Assembly: GCA_963924565.1 (NCBI GenBank)
Contig: OZ004609.1
Coordinates: 10,912,001-10,976,000 of the forward strand
Source: Ascidiella aspersa
Lineage: Eukaryota
Direction of reading: 5' to 3'
DNA length: 64,000 bases
Each line of letters starts with the position of its first letter. Within the stretch, counting starts at the first letter, position 1. The position numbers and the translations under genes are program-made. The notes under the pieces were generated by a model. The model saw nothing but the letters and a program-made list of their open reading frames with translations. It searched no databases and had not been told where the DNA came from. Positions 11,745-23,523 of the stretch are shown in pieces.

Positions 11745-14700
11745 ATGATTGCAAGAGGTGCTGTGCGGTCTGCTGTTCTTGCACAAAGTTATTATTTACA
11801 ACCACACCTTTTGACACACACTCCAACACCTTTTAAGGTAAGTGGTTATTTTACCACATGACAACCTAATAATAGACTCAATGACCCAAGTTACAATTTT
11901 GTTTACTTGGCTGAAAACTGTAATTTTATTAAAAAGTTTAACATTGTGTTTTTTTAATTAAACATTAAACACTGCATAAACTCACTGGGTTTGTGAACTC
12001 TCAGCAAATGCTGGTTAGTTGGATAAAAATAAGATTTAATGAAATCTGACACCTTCAAAAGTTTATGACCTGTTTAAAATAGCGTCCGTTAAAAGTTTAG
12101 CTCCTTTAAATTCAATGATGCTAAGCAAAATAATAGGCATCAACAAAAATGATTTCATTGTTTGGTTAATTGTTTTTTAAAGAATTAAATATGCTGTCAA
12201 ATAGAACTATTTATTAAACTGCTTTAAAGAATCATTTTTGTTTTTGGTTAATGTTTGAAGATGTAACTCTGTTTCAATATTTTATCTAATTAAATACAAA
12301 AATATGCTTTTAATGAAATTTTATGTTTAATTTTTTTTGCAATAAAATTAATTCAGCTGAAACATTTTTTTCAGCTTACAAGCATTCAAACCAAATGGTT
12401 TCATTTGGCTGGAAGTGGTGTTTCTGGTGGATCCTGTCAGCAACATAATAGCAACAGCAGTGGAAAAGAAAAAGTTAGAATTGAAACATACCCACACTTT
12501 CGAGAAAATTTAAAAGATAATGTGTCTGAAACTCAAACAAAGACTGGAGGACTTTCAGCAGTTGATCCAATATCAGAAGACATTGAACAAGGCAAGGGCA
12601 TGATGGAAGGTGGATACCGACTTCCGCATCCTATTTGGAATGCAAAAGAATTGGAGTCAGTACAAATAACACATGAACCTCCCCTTGATGTAAGCTTGAT
12701 ATTACCACAGAAATTCATTTTGTGTTAAATATTGTGTTATGATTTGGTGCAATTTTGTTTGTTTGCAGAAAACTGATAAGCTTGCCTACTATTCTGTGAT
12801 GTGTCTACGCACTGGGTTTGATATTTTTTCTGGTTATACTTTGGGTAAATACACTGGTCGCTTAGATGAAAAACAATGGTTGAAACGAGTAATTTTTCTA
12901 GAAACAATTGCTGGTGTTCCAGGTACATATATTGCACTAAAATTTGTCAAATTTTTTTATTTCTGTTTTGAAAGGTATATTTTTAAAAATATTATGTTTG
13001 CAAAAACAGGAATGGTAGGAGCAATGGTACGGCATCTGGTTTCTTTAAGAAAACTAAAACGCGACCATGGTTGGATACATACCTTGTTGGAAGAGGCAGA
13101 AAATGAAAGAATGCATTTAATGACTTTTATGAAAGTCGCAAATCCTGGAATTATTATGAAGTCTTGCATAATAATGGCACAAGGTAAGATTGCAAATAGG
13201 GGTTATTTATAATTATTGGTTTAGGCTGACAAGGGTATAATGTTTCAGAACAGGTTTTGTAATGCATGGCATGCAGAGTGAAACATATGTAATGAGCTTT
13301 GTTTATGATTACTCTGCAATTAGTTTTGCGGCACATTTTAACAAAACATGTTACTGTCAGTCTACTGACAATAACAGTTGGTAATCTTTTTTAATATGTT
13401 TGTCATTGCTTCAGGTACACTACGTATATATGGGCTTGCAACTACTATGGATGTAAAATTGCCTTTTTTATTTTTAAACTAAGATTCACAGATTCCCCTT
13501 ATCGATTAGTACATCAATGCACATTTTTTTCGACATTTTTTGGCCCCAAGGGAAATAAGATTTTATGTTACACCCCCTGCTTTACAAAATTAAAAAATAA
13601 GTAATAATCAAAATGTTATTTATTGGGACAAAATTGTGTGTTTATTTAAAAGTCCCGCGCAATTTGATAAGTAATCCAGCTAAAATTTAAAAAGGGATAG
13701 GGAACAAATGACATTCAAAGGATTGCAGGTTTCATTAAATGCTTACCATACTTTTACACCAGTGGTTCTCAACCTGGGGGTCGCGACCCCCAAGTGGGTT
13801 GCAAGGGGTTGTCTGGGGGACGCCGTGTAGAATTTCAAAAAGAAAATAATCACAAGACTTAGGCAATATGAACTCAAAGTTTAGCAGTATAAAAGAAGCA
13901 GAAGCAATTGCCAGTCTAACATTTGTCTTTGTGTGGCTTTTGCTGCAGTGAACCTGTCGCGTTTATGACGTCACCATTACACTTTTCAAGTAATGAATCA
14001 AGCGTAGCTTCAGTCAAACATTGTCTAATAAAAATGAATGGACGCCCAAACCAGGGTTGCCAGATGGCCTAAAATTCGATCCAGAAACGATAAATTGTCC
14101 TAATTTACAGTGCTGTGTCCGACGGTATGTAAATCATTAGGACAGTTCGCTTTCTGTCTCAATTTTGCCGAATTTATTTTGAACATTGGATGGAGTAAAA
14201 CCATGGGCTCACGAAACTTCAAAAACGCGCAATTAATCGAAAACTTAAAAGGGGTCGCGAGAACAAAAAGGTTGAGAACCACTGTTTTACACTGTTGGTT
14301 TATTTTAGCCGGCGTATTCTGCTGAACTTTTTTAAAGCATGGGATTTACCCAAAATAATGCCTTTTTTGTTTTAGGAGTTTTTGTTTCTGCCTTTTCTTT
14401 GGCATACCTAGTATCTCCGAGATTTTGTCATCGGCTTGTTGGATACCTGGAAGAACAAGCGGTCAAAACTTACACCGACTGTTTGCAAGCAATCGACGAA
14501 AAAGAGCTGAAGATGTGGTGCAGAATGAAGGCGCCAGAAATTGCAGTGGAATATTGGAAACTTCCTGTAAGTTGATTTTTAATCACCAAAATTATTGGTT
14601 GATCTAACGAGATGTTATATTAACTATGAATCATAAATATTGGTTTAGTTACCATATAATGGAGGCCTTACTACACATGGCATGTGTTGTACAGACTGTC

Positions 14701-15010
14701 AAACAGCCAATCTTGGCCTAGCAAGAACAAAAAACTCAAAGCACTTTAGTGTCAAATCAAGCTAAATAGTAATTTGATATATCTGTATTTGTTTATTTTA
14801 GTGTTGGATTCTGGGCCTTACTGTGATAGAACAGTTGAAAAAAAAATCCCATTAGCCATAACTTATCATTTACGTTTGTTTCAGTTGGACGCAATGATGA
14901 GAGACGTTATTCTGGTTATCAGAGCAGACGAAGCACACCATCGCACAGTCAACCACACATTAAGCTCGATAAAACCAGATGACCAAAATCCTTACCCTCC
15001 AGGGCAGTAG
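11745..15010 (+). CDS. AOX: Mitochondrial alternative oxidase (ubiquinol oxidase), 6 coding exons
   Basis: Exons 11745-11837, 12375-12689, 12769-12922, 13010-13183, 14376-14566, 14885-15010. Arg/Ala-rich presequence; di-iron motifs LETIAGVPGM, LLEEAENERMHL, HRLVGYLEEQA, IRADEAHH; ends NPYPPGQ. Confidence 0.96.
13760..14284. mobile_element. hAT-type MITE in AOX intron 4
   Basis: TIRs CAGTGGTTCTCAACC / GGTTGAGAACCACTG; perfect TSD TTTTACAC. Confidence 0.92.
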
Positions 15011-15619
15011 CTGCGTACAACTAAGAACAGCATGTCACCTGAAAGAAACACTGTGCCTGGATAACTTTGTAGTGAATGACACTCACTGAAACTAGATTTC
15101 AATTCAAATCTTTTAATGTCGAAAAGGTTTGAGATTAAAACATCAGTAGTGAGTCGAATTTTTAGTCTTACTAAACTTGCACGAAAGACCAAGGTTGAAA
15201 TGGCGTGCAAGAATGCAACACGCCTTTCTTGCCATTATTAATATAGAGAAGCGACTTACATGATTTGCCAAACCCTGTTAATAAGATAATCCTATATCCA
15301 GGACCAAATTACTACACCCCTTTGTAGTTTCTTATTTATTTTTCGAAGTACAAAACCCTGCGTTGGATCACTAATCATGTCTCAGTTACTTTTGGATCGG
15401 CACCGATATCAACTTTGGATTAAAAGAGCACTGATACTACTTGGAACGGGGTTTGTGCTCTAATACGATATTATCATATTTCCCTATTTATTGCTCTTGG
15501 TGAATGCTTGGATCATATACTTTGGAAATCTAACTTGCCCCAGTAAAAAATACTTTTAAATTTTACACTTTTCTACCTACATTATATTGCCACCGTCTTT
15601 CTGTTTGATGAAACTTCTT

Positions 15620-15738
15620 ACGATATTCATTTTCGCCACGCGTTCAAATTAATATTTTAAAATGTAAGTATATATTTTTAGGGCGTGTTCACACTTCGTT
15701 AATTGTTTACAATCAAAGGTAAACTAATCTGATATATT
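15620..15738 (-). repeat. Right arm of the 119-bp inverted repeat flanking AOX
   Basis: Reverse complement of 10606-10724. Confidence 0.95.
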
Positions 15739-17099
15739 TTATGTAAAGTGTTATTTCATAAAAAAATTTAAAAAAAATGCTTAACCGTATAAATTTTAAA
15801 TATTACAATTTGCAAAGAATATTTTTATCTTGCAATGTCAATCATGTGTTTTGTCCACTTTGTGTCTCGCCACTGTTTTAACTGTTAACCCTTCTAATGC
15901 CGTGTTATGCTTTATAAATGAGCATTGTTTGTGTATTGCACTTCTTGATTTTTGTTTCGAAGTATTCGTGTTCATTACGGTAAATATTTTTTTTGGGATT
16001 TTTTGTACTTGTAATCAACAAACATCAATTTTACGGACGCTACCGTTTTAGCCTCATTGGTGTGTTGCACAACTCTATAGTCGTGACGGGTTTGTTGGTT
16101 ACTTTTATTACGTTTAAAGTGTATTCGGCAATACCCAATTGTATGGTCTTATTCATTTTAACTTTTAAATACATTAGAAAAAGTACGTATAAAGTACATT
16201 GTTTATTGTGCACATATAGCTATTGCTTTTTAAACCTGTTTTGTCTTAGTTAGAGGGTTAAATTAGTTTTGAAATTTTTTTAAAAAATATTTGAAGCACA
16301 AAACATAGAGAGGTTGTTGAGTGCTGCTCCATTAGGGTTACACAATAGCCGCAGCACTTTGGTGCGACCCTGCTTTCGTGCTTTGCTACTTTGCGTTAAA
16401 AGTAGTCTCCTAATACAACCGTCTCTAGTTTTATTTCGATTTTGGTACAACGTAACACGATCTTGACTAACATTATTTTAAATCATACAAAATCGCTTTT
16501 AAAGTTTTACTAAATATTCACAAGTAGGTTCTTTTGTAAAGCTTTTAAACGTTGAGGCAATTGCACCTAAAAGTGTTTTATTTTACTTGTATTTGGTCAA
16601 ACTCGGACGCCAATGTGCAACTAAACTCAAGTATACATTTTTAATAAAATGCCCCCCAAAAAATTGTGGGATTGTGTAAAACTTAGTCTGAACATTAAAA
16701 GGTTTACGTATTTTGCTTTATGTAAATGGTTATATTAGTTATTATTTACTGTAACGCTGCAATTTTCAGATTTATATTGCATAAAACCCGTGAGTTGATA
16801 CGATACTTTACTATAAGTTAGGCTACTATACGCACGTTACTTAAAGTTATGATAAGCTTTGATAAGTTACAAGTTTTTATAAGATACGTGTGCTAGGCGC
16901 ATCTAGTACGTTGATACGATACGTTGTGTTGGACTTGTTATTCTGTCTAGTTAAAACACGATACGCGCGGTACGATAAAAAGCATTAGATACTTCCGCTA
17001 AACACAATAATGTGCATCCAGTTTTATTTCAGGAACAGGCACACATTTCTTGCTTTATACGTTTAATACAGAAATGCAACGTAAAAAACGTTTAACATA

Positions 17100-18000
17100 T
17101 CTTCTCAACGATCCATGCACTTCGGGCTATAGTTGACAATTGACATCGAACGATGACCTCAGGTTCCTAAGATCGCTTTTTTAGGCGTAACTGTTTGACA
17201 TCATCTCTGAAAATGTCCATGCGTTCCGGTAAGCAATTTGTTCTACCTTAACCCCTGCTTATAGATAGGATTCGAGTTTTTGATGGGATATTCAAAAGCA
17301 ATAGTTTAATAATTTAAAAAAAGAAAGGTACACCTTTCCATAAATTGGAAAAAAAAAATTCAAACAATATTTTTAGGAAATTAGTCGAAATTACTCGCAA
17401 GAAATCCAGTTCGGTTCACGTCTGAAGAATGTTACTGCGCAACGTGCTGACGATACGCTTTCTAAGCTTTTTTGTAAGAAAAAATGGCTAGAGTGAAATT
17501 ATGCTGTCTGGAAACAAGCAAAATTACTAAAAAATACCTTGTTATACAGTTTCACCGACAAAAAGTCGTGGATGCCTCGGCAATAATTGCATAAGGCACA
17601 TCGTGTGTGAAAAGATTTACCTGCAACGCGAGCTAAAATCAGCCAAGTTTGACACGTGCGCGAGTATCTAACTAAATTTATGTCCTGAAAATACTTTTTT
17701 TTTCTAATTTTCTGAGTGAGTACGTTTTCCCAAAATGATGTGTTGCGTCACAAAGAACATAGACAATGGATGTTTGGCTGGTGCACAATTTTAGGAACAA
17801 TTTTTGTACGTTCAAATTTGTAATAGTCAGTACTGTAATGCCAAAATCACAGAACTTTAACATTCGAACAAAATGGAATAGTAAGGATATTTGAAAGAAT
17901 TTTTGGGCATCATGTCTGAACGGAAGAAGCGTGTTGATTTTTAGCAGACATTACAGTTAAGTTAGATGTCGACCCAGTCGCTTCTTCATCTCGAAAATGA
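17100..18000 (+). pseudogene. Highly decayed hAT-like transposase relic
   Basis: LTIDIER*..IAFLGVTV*H near 17134-17202 resembles the hAT first-Asp region (LTTD.WT..SFLGVTAH); many stops. Confidence 0.3.
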
Positions 18001-18849
18001 TTCATTATCCTGCAAGTTAAAGGTAAACTTTACATATCCAACCAATCGCTTTAGTCGTGGTCGGTGTTCGTGTTTGAATAAAATTGAGTGAGTTTTGTTT
18101 CTTAACTAGAGCGGTACAAGGTACAATTTAATTACGGTTAGATATGCATTCTTTATGCTTTACATTTTTAGAAATACCATGGGTTTTTAAACTTTGTGGC
18201 ACACTTAAACTTAAGGTATTTATATCACATCCGAAAATCTAAAGTGCGTTCACCATTATTTTTGTATGTAGAACGATCGGAATTATATACCCAGTCAGGG
18301 GCGCCCGCAGAAAATTTTCCAGGGGGGGGCAATCAGGGGAAAATCAAAAAAGGGGTCCTGAATTTTCAATTTAGGGAATTCCCCTATTTTTCATCTGACT
18401 TAATGAATAACCACGTCATAAAACAGTGACATTATGACGTCATGGAATGGTGATTGCAAGACGTGATAAAAAAACTAATCAGAAACAGCCAAATACGTCC
18501 TGCAAAAGCGACCACGTGCGTCGTCAACAATACTGTCAGGCGCCAGCTGCGAAACACGGTAACTTCAGGCAAAAAAAAAACAAATTGTAGAATACACACT
18601 TGCTAATCAGTCAACCTAAACAAATAACGAAAAAGAACAACTTTCAGCGTTTACGGTCGACCAAACAAAAGACGAAAAACGGCGTTTTGCACTCGATTTT
18701 GGTTTCGCATTAGATTAAGACGCGTGACCCAATTACTTTAAAAGCACGCCGCTGCGAACAGTTTTTTAAACCATGACAAAAACGAAAAAAAAACGAAGTG
18801 CCTTGCAAATTACTAGCGAAGAAAGACAGCAAATACTGTTTAATACATT

Positions 18850-19102
18850 TGTTCTGTCATGGAGTGTTCACGTGGTTCTCCTGAGAGAGGTTGCCCGCGG
18901 CCCCTGAGCCGCGTGCTCTAGTCACGTGTTTTGTAATCATTGCTTGTGTTGTACGTTAGTTGTATCGCAATGTAAATTACGCGACTACTCGCCTATAAAT
19001 GCTCGTGCCCTTCTTGTGTTATATCCATTCGAATTAAACCAGTTACTTACTTGGACTCTGTTTACTATTCTTGCAAGGCAAACAAAGGTTAGAAACACAA
19101 CA
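18850..19102 (+). mobile_element. 5' LTR of a Ty3/gypsy retrotransposon
   Basis: TGTTCTGT...ACACAACA termini, internal TATAAA and ATTAAA, followed by a PBS. Confidence 0.7.
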
Positions 19103-19108
19103 GAGTTT

Positions 19109-19121
19109 TGGCGACGAGGAT
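19109..19121 (+). other. Primer-binding site TGGCGACGAGGAT (complementary to the tRNA-Ser(GCU) 3' end)
   Basis: Lies 7 nt after the LTR's CA; complements ...ATCCTCGTCGCCA. Confidence 0.75.
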
Positions 19122-19190
19122 ATTGGATTCAAGGTCTTCTGAACGAGGTATCTACGCAGTTTGACTTTTCCAACTACTTTTGTTTGCGCA

Positions 19191-20759
19191 ATGGAAGAAA
19201 TACTGAAGCTCATGCAAGCACAGTTACAGCAACAAGCACAACGCCAGGATGAACAATCCAAACGCCACGAAGAACAGTCAAGACGCCACGAAGAACAAAT
19301 GCATGTAATGATGGCTCTGGTGGAAAAGGCTGGGTTACCGCAAGCAGCTACGTCTTCCGCAGCAGTACCAAGTTTCAATCCATTTGATTCTACGTCTGAG
19401 TTATGGAATGATTATTGGTCGAGGTTCAGCACGTTTATCAAAGCACACGCGGTCCCAAGCGAACGAAAGGCTCAGGTTTTCTTAACAAACCAAACTCCTA
19501 CAACTTACAAGCTGTTATCAAACTTGGCACTTCAGGGCAGCCCGTCCAAAAGTGTTAATGATCTATCTATTAGCGACATTGAGGGTTTTATGAAGAACCA
19601 GTTTGACCCAAAGCGATTCGTCATTCGGGAACGGTTCAAGTTTTGGAGTAATATGCAACGGAAGCCTGGTGAGACTGTTCAAGAATTGGCTGCACGCATT
19701 CGTCTTGAGGCAGCCACTTGCGACTTTTCGGCAATCAGAGACCCGTTGGACGAGGCACTTCGCACGCGCTTGATTTGCTCGATCGGCCATGAGGCTGTTC
19801 TCAAGGCACTTTTCAAAATTAAGGCTGATGAGCTCAGTTTTGCGCGAGCCATCGAAGTTTCCATTCAAACGGAGGATGCTGCTAAAGTTGCGAAGGAAAC
19901 TGTATATGGAAACCGAGGTTCTGTTCAAAAGGTACGCGAAGCAGCGAAGCCAAGTCCGTCTCCGTATACTAAAGTTTCAAAGGACGCCGCAAGTTATGCT
20001 TCGAGGGACAGTAAAGCCAAGACGAACATGTGTTGCTATCGCTGTGGCAAGTCTGGACATTTTGCTTCCACATGTCGTCACCGAAGTTCAACTTGCAAGT
20101 TTTGCAGACGTATCGGTCATTTGGAAGTAGCTTGTCGAAAGAAACTGGCGTCAACAAAACCTTTAAGCATGGTTCATACGGTGAAGCCTATTTCAAGCAT
20201 TGGGAGGTCAACTCCGAAGCTGGACGTCAATATTTACGTTTTAAACAAGATTTGTTGCTTGGAGCTTGATACTGCTACTACCGGAAACTTCTTATCTGTT
20301 GATACATGGAAGCGAATTGGCAGTCCAACGCTGGAGACGCCTACTTACCGTTTCAATTCGGCGACAGAACATTCAGTGCCACTAATCGGTATTTTTCAGG
20401 CAGAAGCAGCATATGACGAAACCAAGTGTACGCTAGAGTTCCACGTATCTAAGATACCGAACCTTGATTTACTTGGGAGAAATGCTATTCAGTCTCTAAA
20501 AATATCAGTGGACAAATTGATATTTACCGATGTTGTTCCCGTACGTGCTTTATCTGTTGATACTCAACCTGATATTCAGTTACAAACAGATTGCCGGAAA
20601 CTTTGCAGTCAATTTCCGGACCTGTTTAAAGAAGAGTTAGGTTGTCTAAAGGACTTTGAATTAGAGGTACAATTCAAATCCGCGACGAAGCCTGTGTTTT
20701 GTAAAGCTCGCTCAGTTCCGTTTGCTCTTCAGCAAGACGTGGGACCAGCATATATATGA
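19191..20759 (+). CDS. Ty3/gypsy (Mag-like) Gag-protease ORF, truncated just before RT
   Basis: Uninterrupted 522 aa from ATG 19191: capsid-like region (ERFKFWSNMQRKPGETVQE), two CCHC knuckles (CYRCGKSGHFASTC, CKFCRRIGHLEVAC), aspartic protease LELDTA..LLGRN, pre-RT linker KPVFCKARSVPFAL; no RT/RNaseH/IN or 3'LTR follows. Confidence 0.9.
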   Translation: MEEILKLMQAQLQQQAQRQDEQSKRHEEQSRRHEEQMHVMMALVEKAGLPQAATSSAAVPSFNPFDSTSELWNDYWSRFSTFIKAHAVPSERKAQVFLTNQTPTTYKLLSNLALQGSPSKSVNDLSISDIEGFMKNQFDPKRFVIRERFKFWSNMQRKPGETVQELAARIRLEAATCDFSAIRDPLDEALRTRLICSIGHEAVLKALFKIKADELSFARAIEVSIQTEDAAKVAKETVYGNRGSVQKVREAAKPSPSPYTKVSKDAASYASRDSKAKTNMCCYRCGKSGHFASTCRHRSSTCKFCRRIGHLEVACRKKLASTKPLSMVHTVKPISSIGRSTPKLDVNIYVLNKICCLELDTATTGNFLSVDTWKRIGSPTLETPTYRFNSATEHSVPLIGIFQAEAAYDETKCTLEFHVSKIPNLDLLGRNAIQSLKISVDKLIFTDVVPVRALSVDTQPDIQLQTDCRKLCSQFPDLFKEELGCLKDFELEVQFKSATKPVFCKARSVPFALQQDVGPAYI

Positions 20760-21044
20760 TGGAAACGAAGTTCAAAACCTAATCTGATAAACCAGGCCTG
20801 GGTGTTTAATTCTACCGGCTCGCGTATACCGTATCCTGCTCTAATGAAGATACAATGCAGTTCAAACGTCGTTAAATATAATTCAAAACTATTTTTTGTC
20901 GAATAAAAATTTAACTGAACAACAATTTTAAAAATATGACTTTAGTTATTTTTACTTTGTTAACGATTTATGTGCATTTTTAATCGATTTTGACGAAGTA
21001 ATTTTGAAAAATTTTGACCAAACATGTAAATTTTGACTTTTTCT

Positions 21045-21180
21045 CAGGGAGTCGAACCGTTTGACTTTTCCGGTTCAGGTTCGGTTCAGTTCCGGTTTCG
21101 GTTCGGAACATTCTAAATGTTCCGGGTTTGTTCCGGTTTTACAGCACGAGTTAGCGGTTCGGGTTTGGTTCCGGTTCGGG
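21045..21180. mobile_element. Terminus of the GAACCG-repeat hAT family (same family as 39625-40197)
   Basis: CAGGGAGTCGAACCGTTTGACTTTTCCGGTTCAGG is the reverse complement of the 40197 end. Confidence 0.75.
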
Positions 21181-21374
21181 GCTAGGCCTATGTTTACGTC
21201 AACCACAAACCCTTATTTTAATAACGTATAGAATATGTTTCAAAAGGTAGAAATATTCAATATAATCGACAAAGAAATTACACACTGCGCTTGTTTAGCC
21301 AAACGACATAAGATGGTTAGAAAACAATAACTTAATATTAATGACTAAGTAATAACATCCATATCGCTATACAC

Positions 21375-21705
21375 CAGTGGTCGGCAAATGTTTTTTGTCG
21401 CGGCGTAAAACCACTACGAAAACAGTGGCGGATTCAGGATATTTGTTTTTTAAGGTCAAATATTACACGGCACCTTGATGCCAGAACACTGCCATGCCAT
21501 AATGTAAAACATACTATAAAACAAAGAGCGCGCGAAATTTTGCGTTTACATCATTTGGCACGTGGGTCTGAACCACGCTGAGAAAATATAAAAATAATAA
21601 GCTACATGCACTTTTATAACAAAGTGGAACGAATGTACGGCTATTACGCAGCCCACAACTACATGATAACACTAAACTATTGAAAAGTGCCTTGCGGCCC
21701 ACTAA
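21375..21705. mobile_element. Partial hAT MITE (same family as 52470-52903, opposite orientation)
   Basis: Starts CAGTGGTCGGCAAA; the body is the reverse complement of the 52470 element. Confidence 0.75.
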
Positions 21706-22069
21706 AAATTCGATCTCCAGGTGTCTTCTGGAGTTTACACGGTCACTATTTTGCGAGGATTACTAAATATAATACTTCAGTACTATAATTTATCGTCTGC
21801 CAACTTTTATAGAACTTGCCAGGCAAATTCCCTTAATTCTCATGACGTCTATTACAGATGTCATGTCTAAACGGTTATTAAAATAAATTGCTATACAAAG
21901 AAGATGTGCCGATAGGTCATCTGCCGCGAACGTGATATTGACTTTAGCAAACTGAAAGAAAAAGCGGAGCGCAATTAGACACTTTGCGCATCGATTTTCG
22001 TCTGTATCGCAAATTTTGGTCACCTGCACACGTGATAAAAGATAGAGGAACATTGTTGAGCGTTATACC

Positions 22070-23523
22070 CAGGGCTGCCACTCCCAAAATTAAAAAAACA
22101 CTATATTGGACCATAAAAAAACACTAGATCCGGAGAAAAACCACTAGATTGTTATCGCGACAACGTATTGCCATTTTTATGTTGATTTAGCATCTCCAGA
22201 CGTTTAATCAATGTAAAAACAGACTATTTTTTAAGTCTGTGTGCCATAATTGCGTTATTAAAGCTACTATTTGCTAAATATACACAACAAAAGCTCAGTA
22301 TTATTCTTTTATGCTTAACACTGTCTTTGGACGGTACATTAAACGCCACTTGTGTTTGGTTGTTTTAACTTTATATAGCAAGCTTAGCATATTGCTGAAT
22401 ATCTATGAGTCTTGTCCGGTTTCAGTCGGGCTTTAAACTGTCATTATTCAACTAATTCACGGCAAAACAGGCGATAAAAACTTGTTTTTTCGTGGTGGAG
22501 TTACGTCACACTCCAACTATGATATCAATTAAACTGTTAAGTACAATAAAAGGGCCAATCGCAAAGATTGGGTTTGGGCCCTGGGGGCAGTTCTATTCAC
22601 TTTTAATGAGTATAACTGACCCTGGGGTCCTAGCCAGAGATTGCCAAAAATTCCTCCCTAAAGGTCGACTTTTTGAAAGAATTTTTTTTTTTGCCGGCTA
22701 ATTTATCAGCTTTATCTATATACCCTACCTAGACCTGCTCCTTCCTCTCACTCCCGTCTTCTTCCTTTAGCACCTTTGGTTGGCAAGCGGTGATTAAATA
22801 GGCTCACACCCTACAGCAGTGATTCTCAACCTTTTTTAGAGCCAGAGCCGCATTTCAAACCTAATGTTTGCAAGGAGCCGCATAAAAAACAACAGTAGGC
22901 ATACAATTAAAAAATATTAAGAAAGCAACAAGAAAACATCAAATACATTACGCTAGCCTAGGCTAACTAATTAACACTGTTTGCCATAGCTTGTCGATCA
23001 GGACTAAATATATTGTGACGTAACAAACCACAAAATTATTTTAAAGAGCCGGATGGAAGTACCCGGTAACATTAGTACTTCGTACTCGGAATCCTCGCTG
23101 ATACAATTAATTAATTCTTGATTTCTCTTACTTACTTTGTTGCAATTCTGCTACTTCTAACTAATTTTTCACTCGGTTAGAGAGGCGCAAAATGTACAGT
23201 TGAGAGCCGCGGTTGAGAATCACTGCCCTACAGTGCAGCACTACAGCTGTACAAACTTCTAAATATAGTCTGCTGCCCGACACTAACAGTAATCAGTATA
23301 GAAACTTGTTATTAACAAGCATCGAGCCATCGACGATCACCATAAAGGGAATTTTTCATTCACTTTACCATTTTTAACAATGGAAGCCGGGAAATAACCT
23401 AAAGTTTATTACTCCATTTCAAGATTATAAAAACCACTAGATGCTCCAAGAAAACCACTAAACGACTAGATTATTTCAAAAACCGCTAAATCTAGTGGAA
23501 AACCACTAGGAGTGGCAGCCCTG
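22070..23523. mobile_element. TIR MITE with AAAACCACTAGA subterminal repeats
   Basis: TIRs CAGGGCTGCCACTCC / GGAGTGGCAGCCCTG; perfect TSD GTTATACC. Confidence 0.9.
22817..23225. mobile_element. hAT-type MITE nested in 22070-23523
   Basis: TIRs CAGTGATTCTCAACC / GGTTGAGAATCACTG; perfect TSD CCCTACAG. Confidence 0.92.

Noticed and set aside
11745-15010. Recent horizontal transfer of AOX from a microbe
   Set aside because: Five spliceosomal introns, host-like composition, and AOX is known in several invertebrate phyla.
19043-20269. Overlapping antisense and alternate-frame ORFs in the gypsy region
   Set aside because: Shadows of the GC-richer gag ORF with no recognisable motifs.
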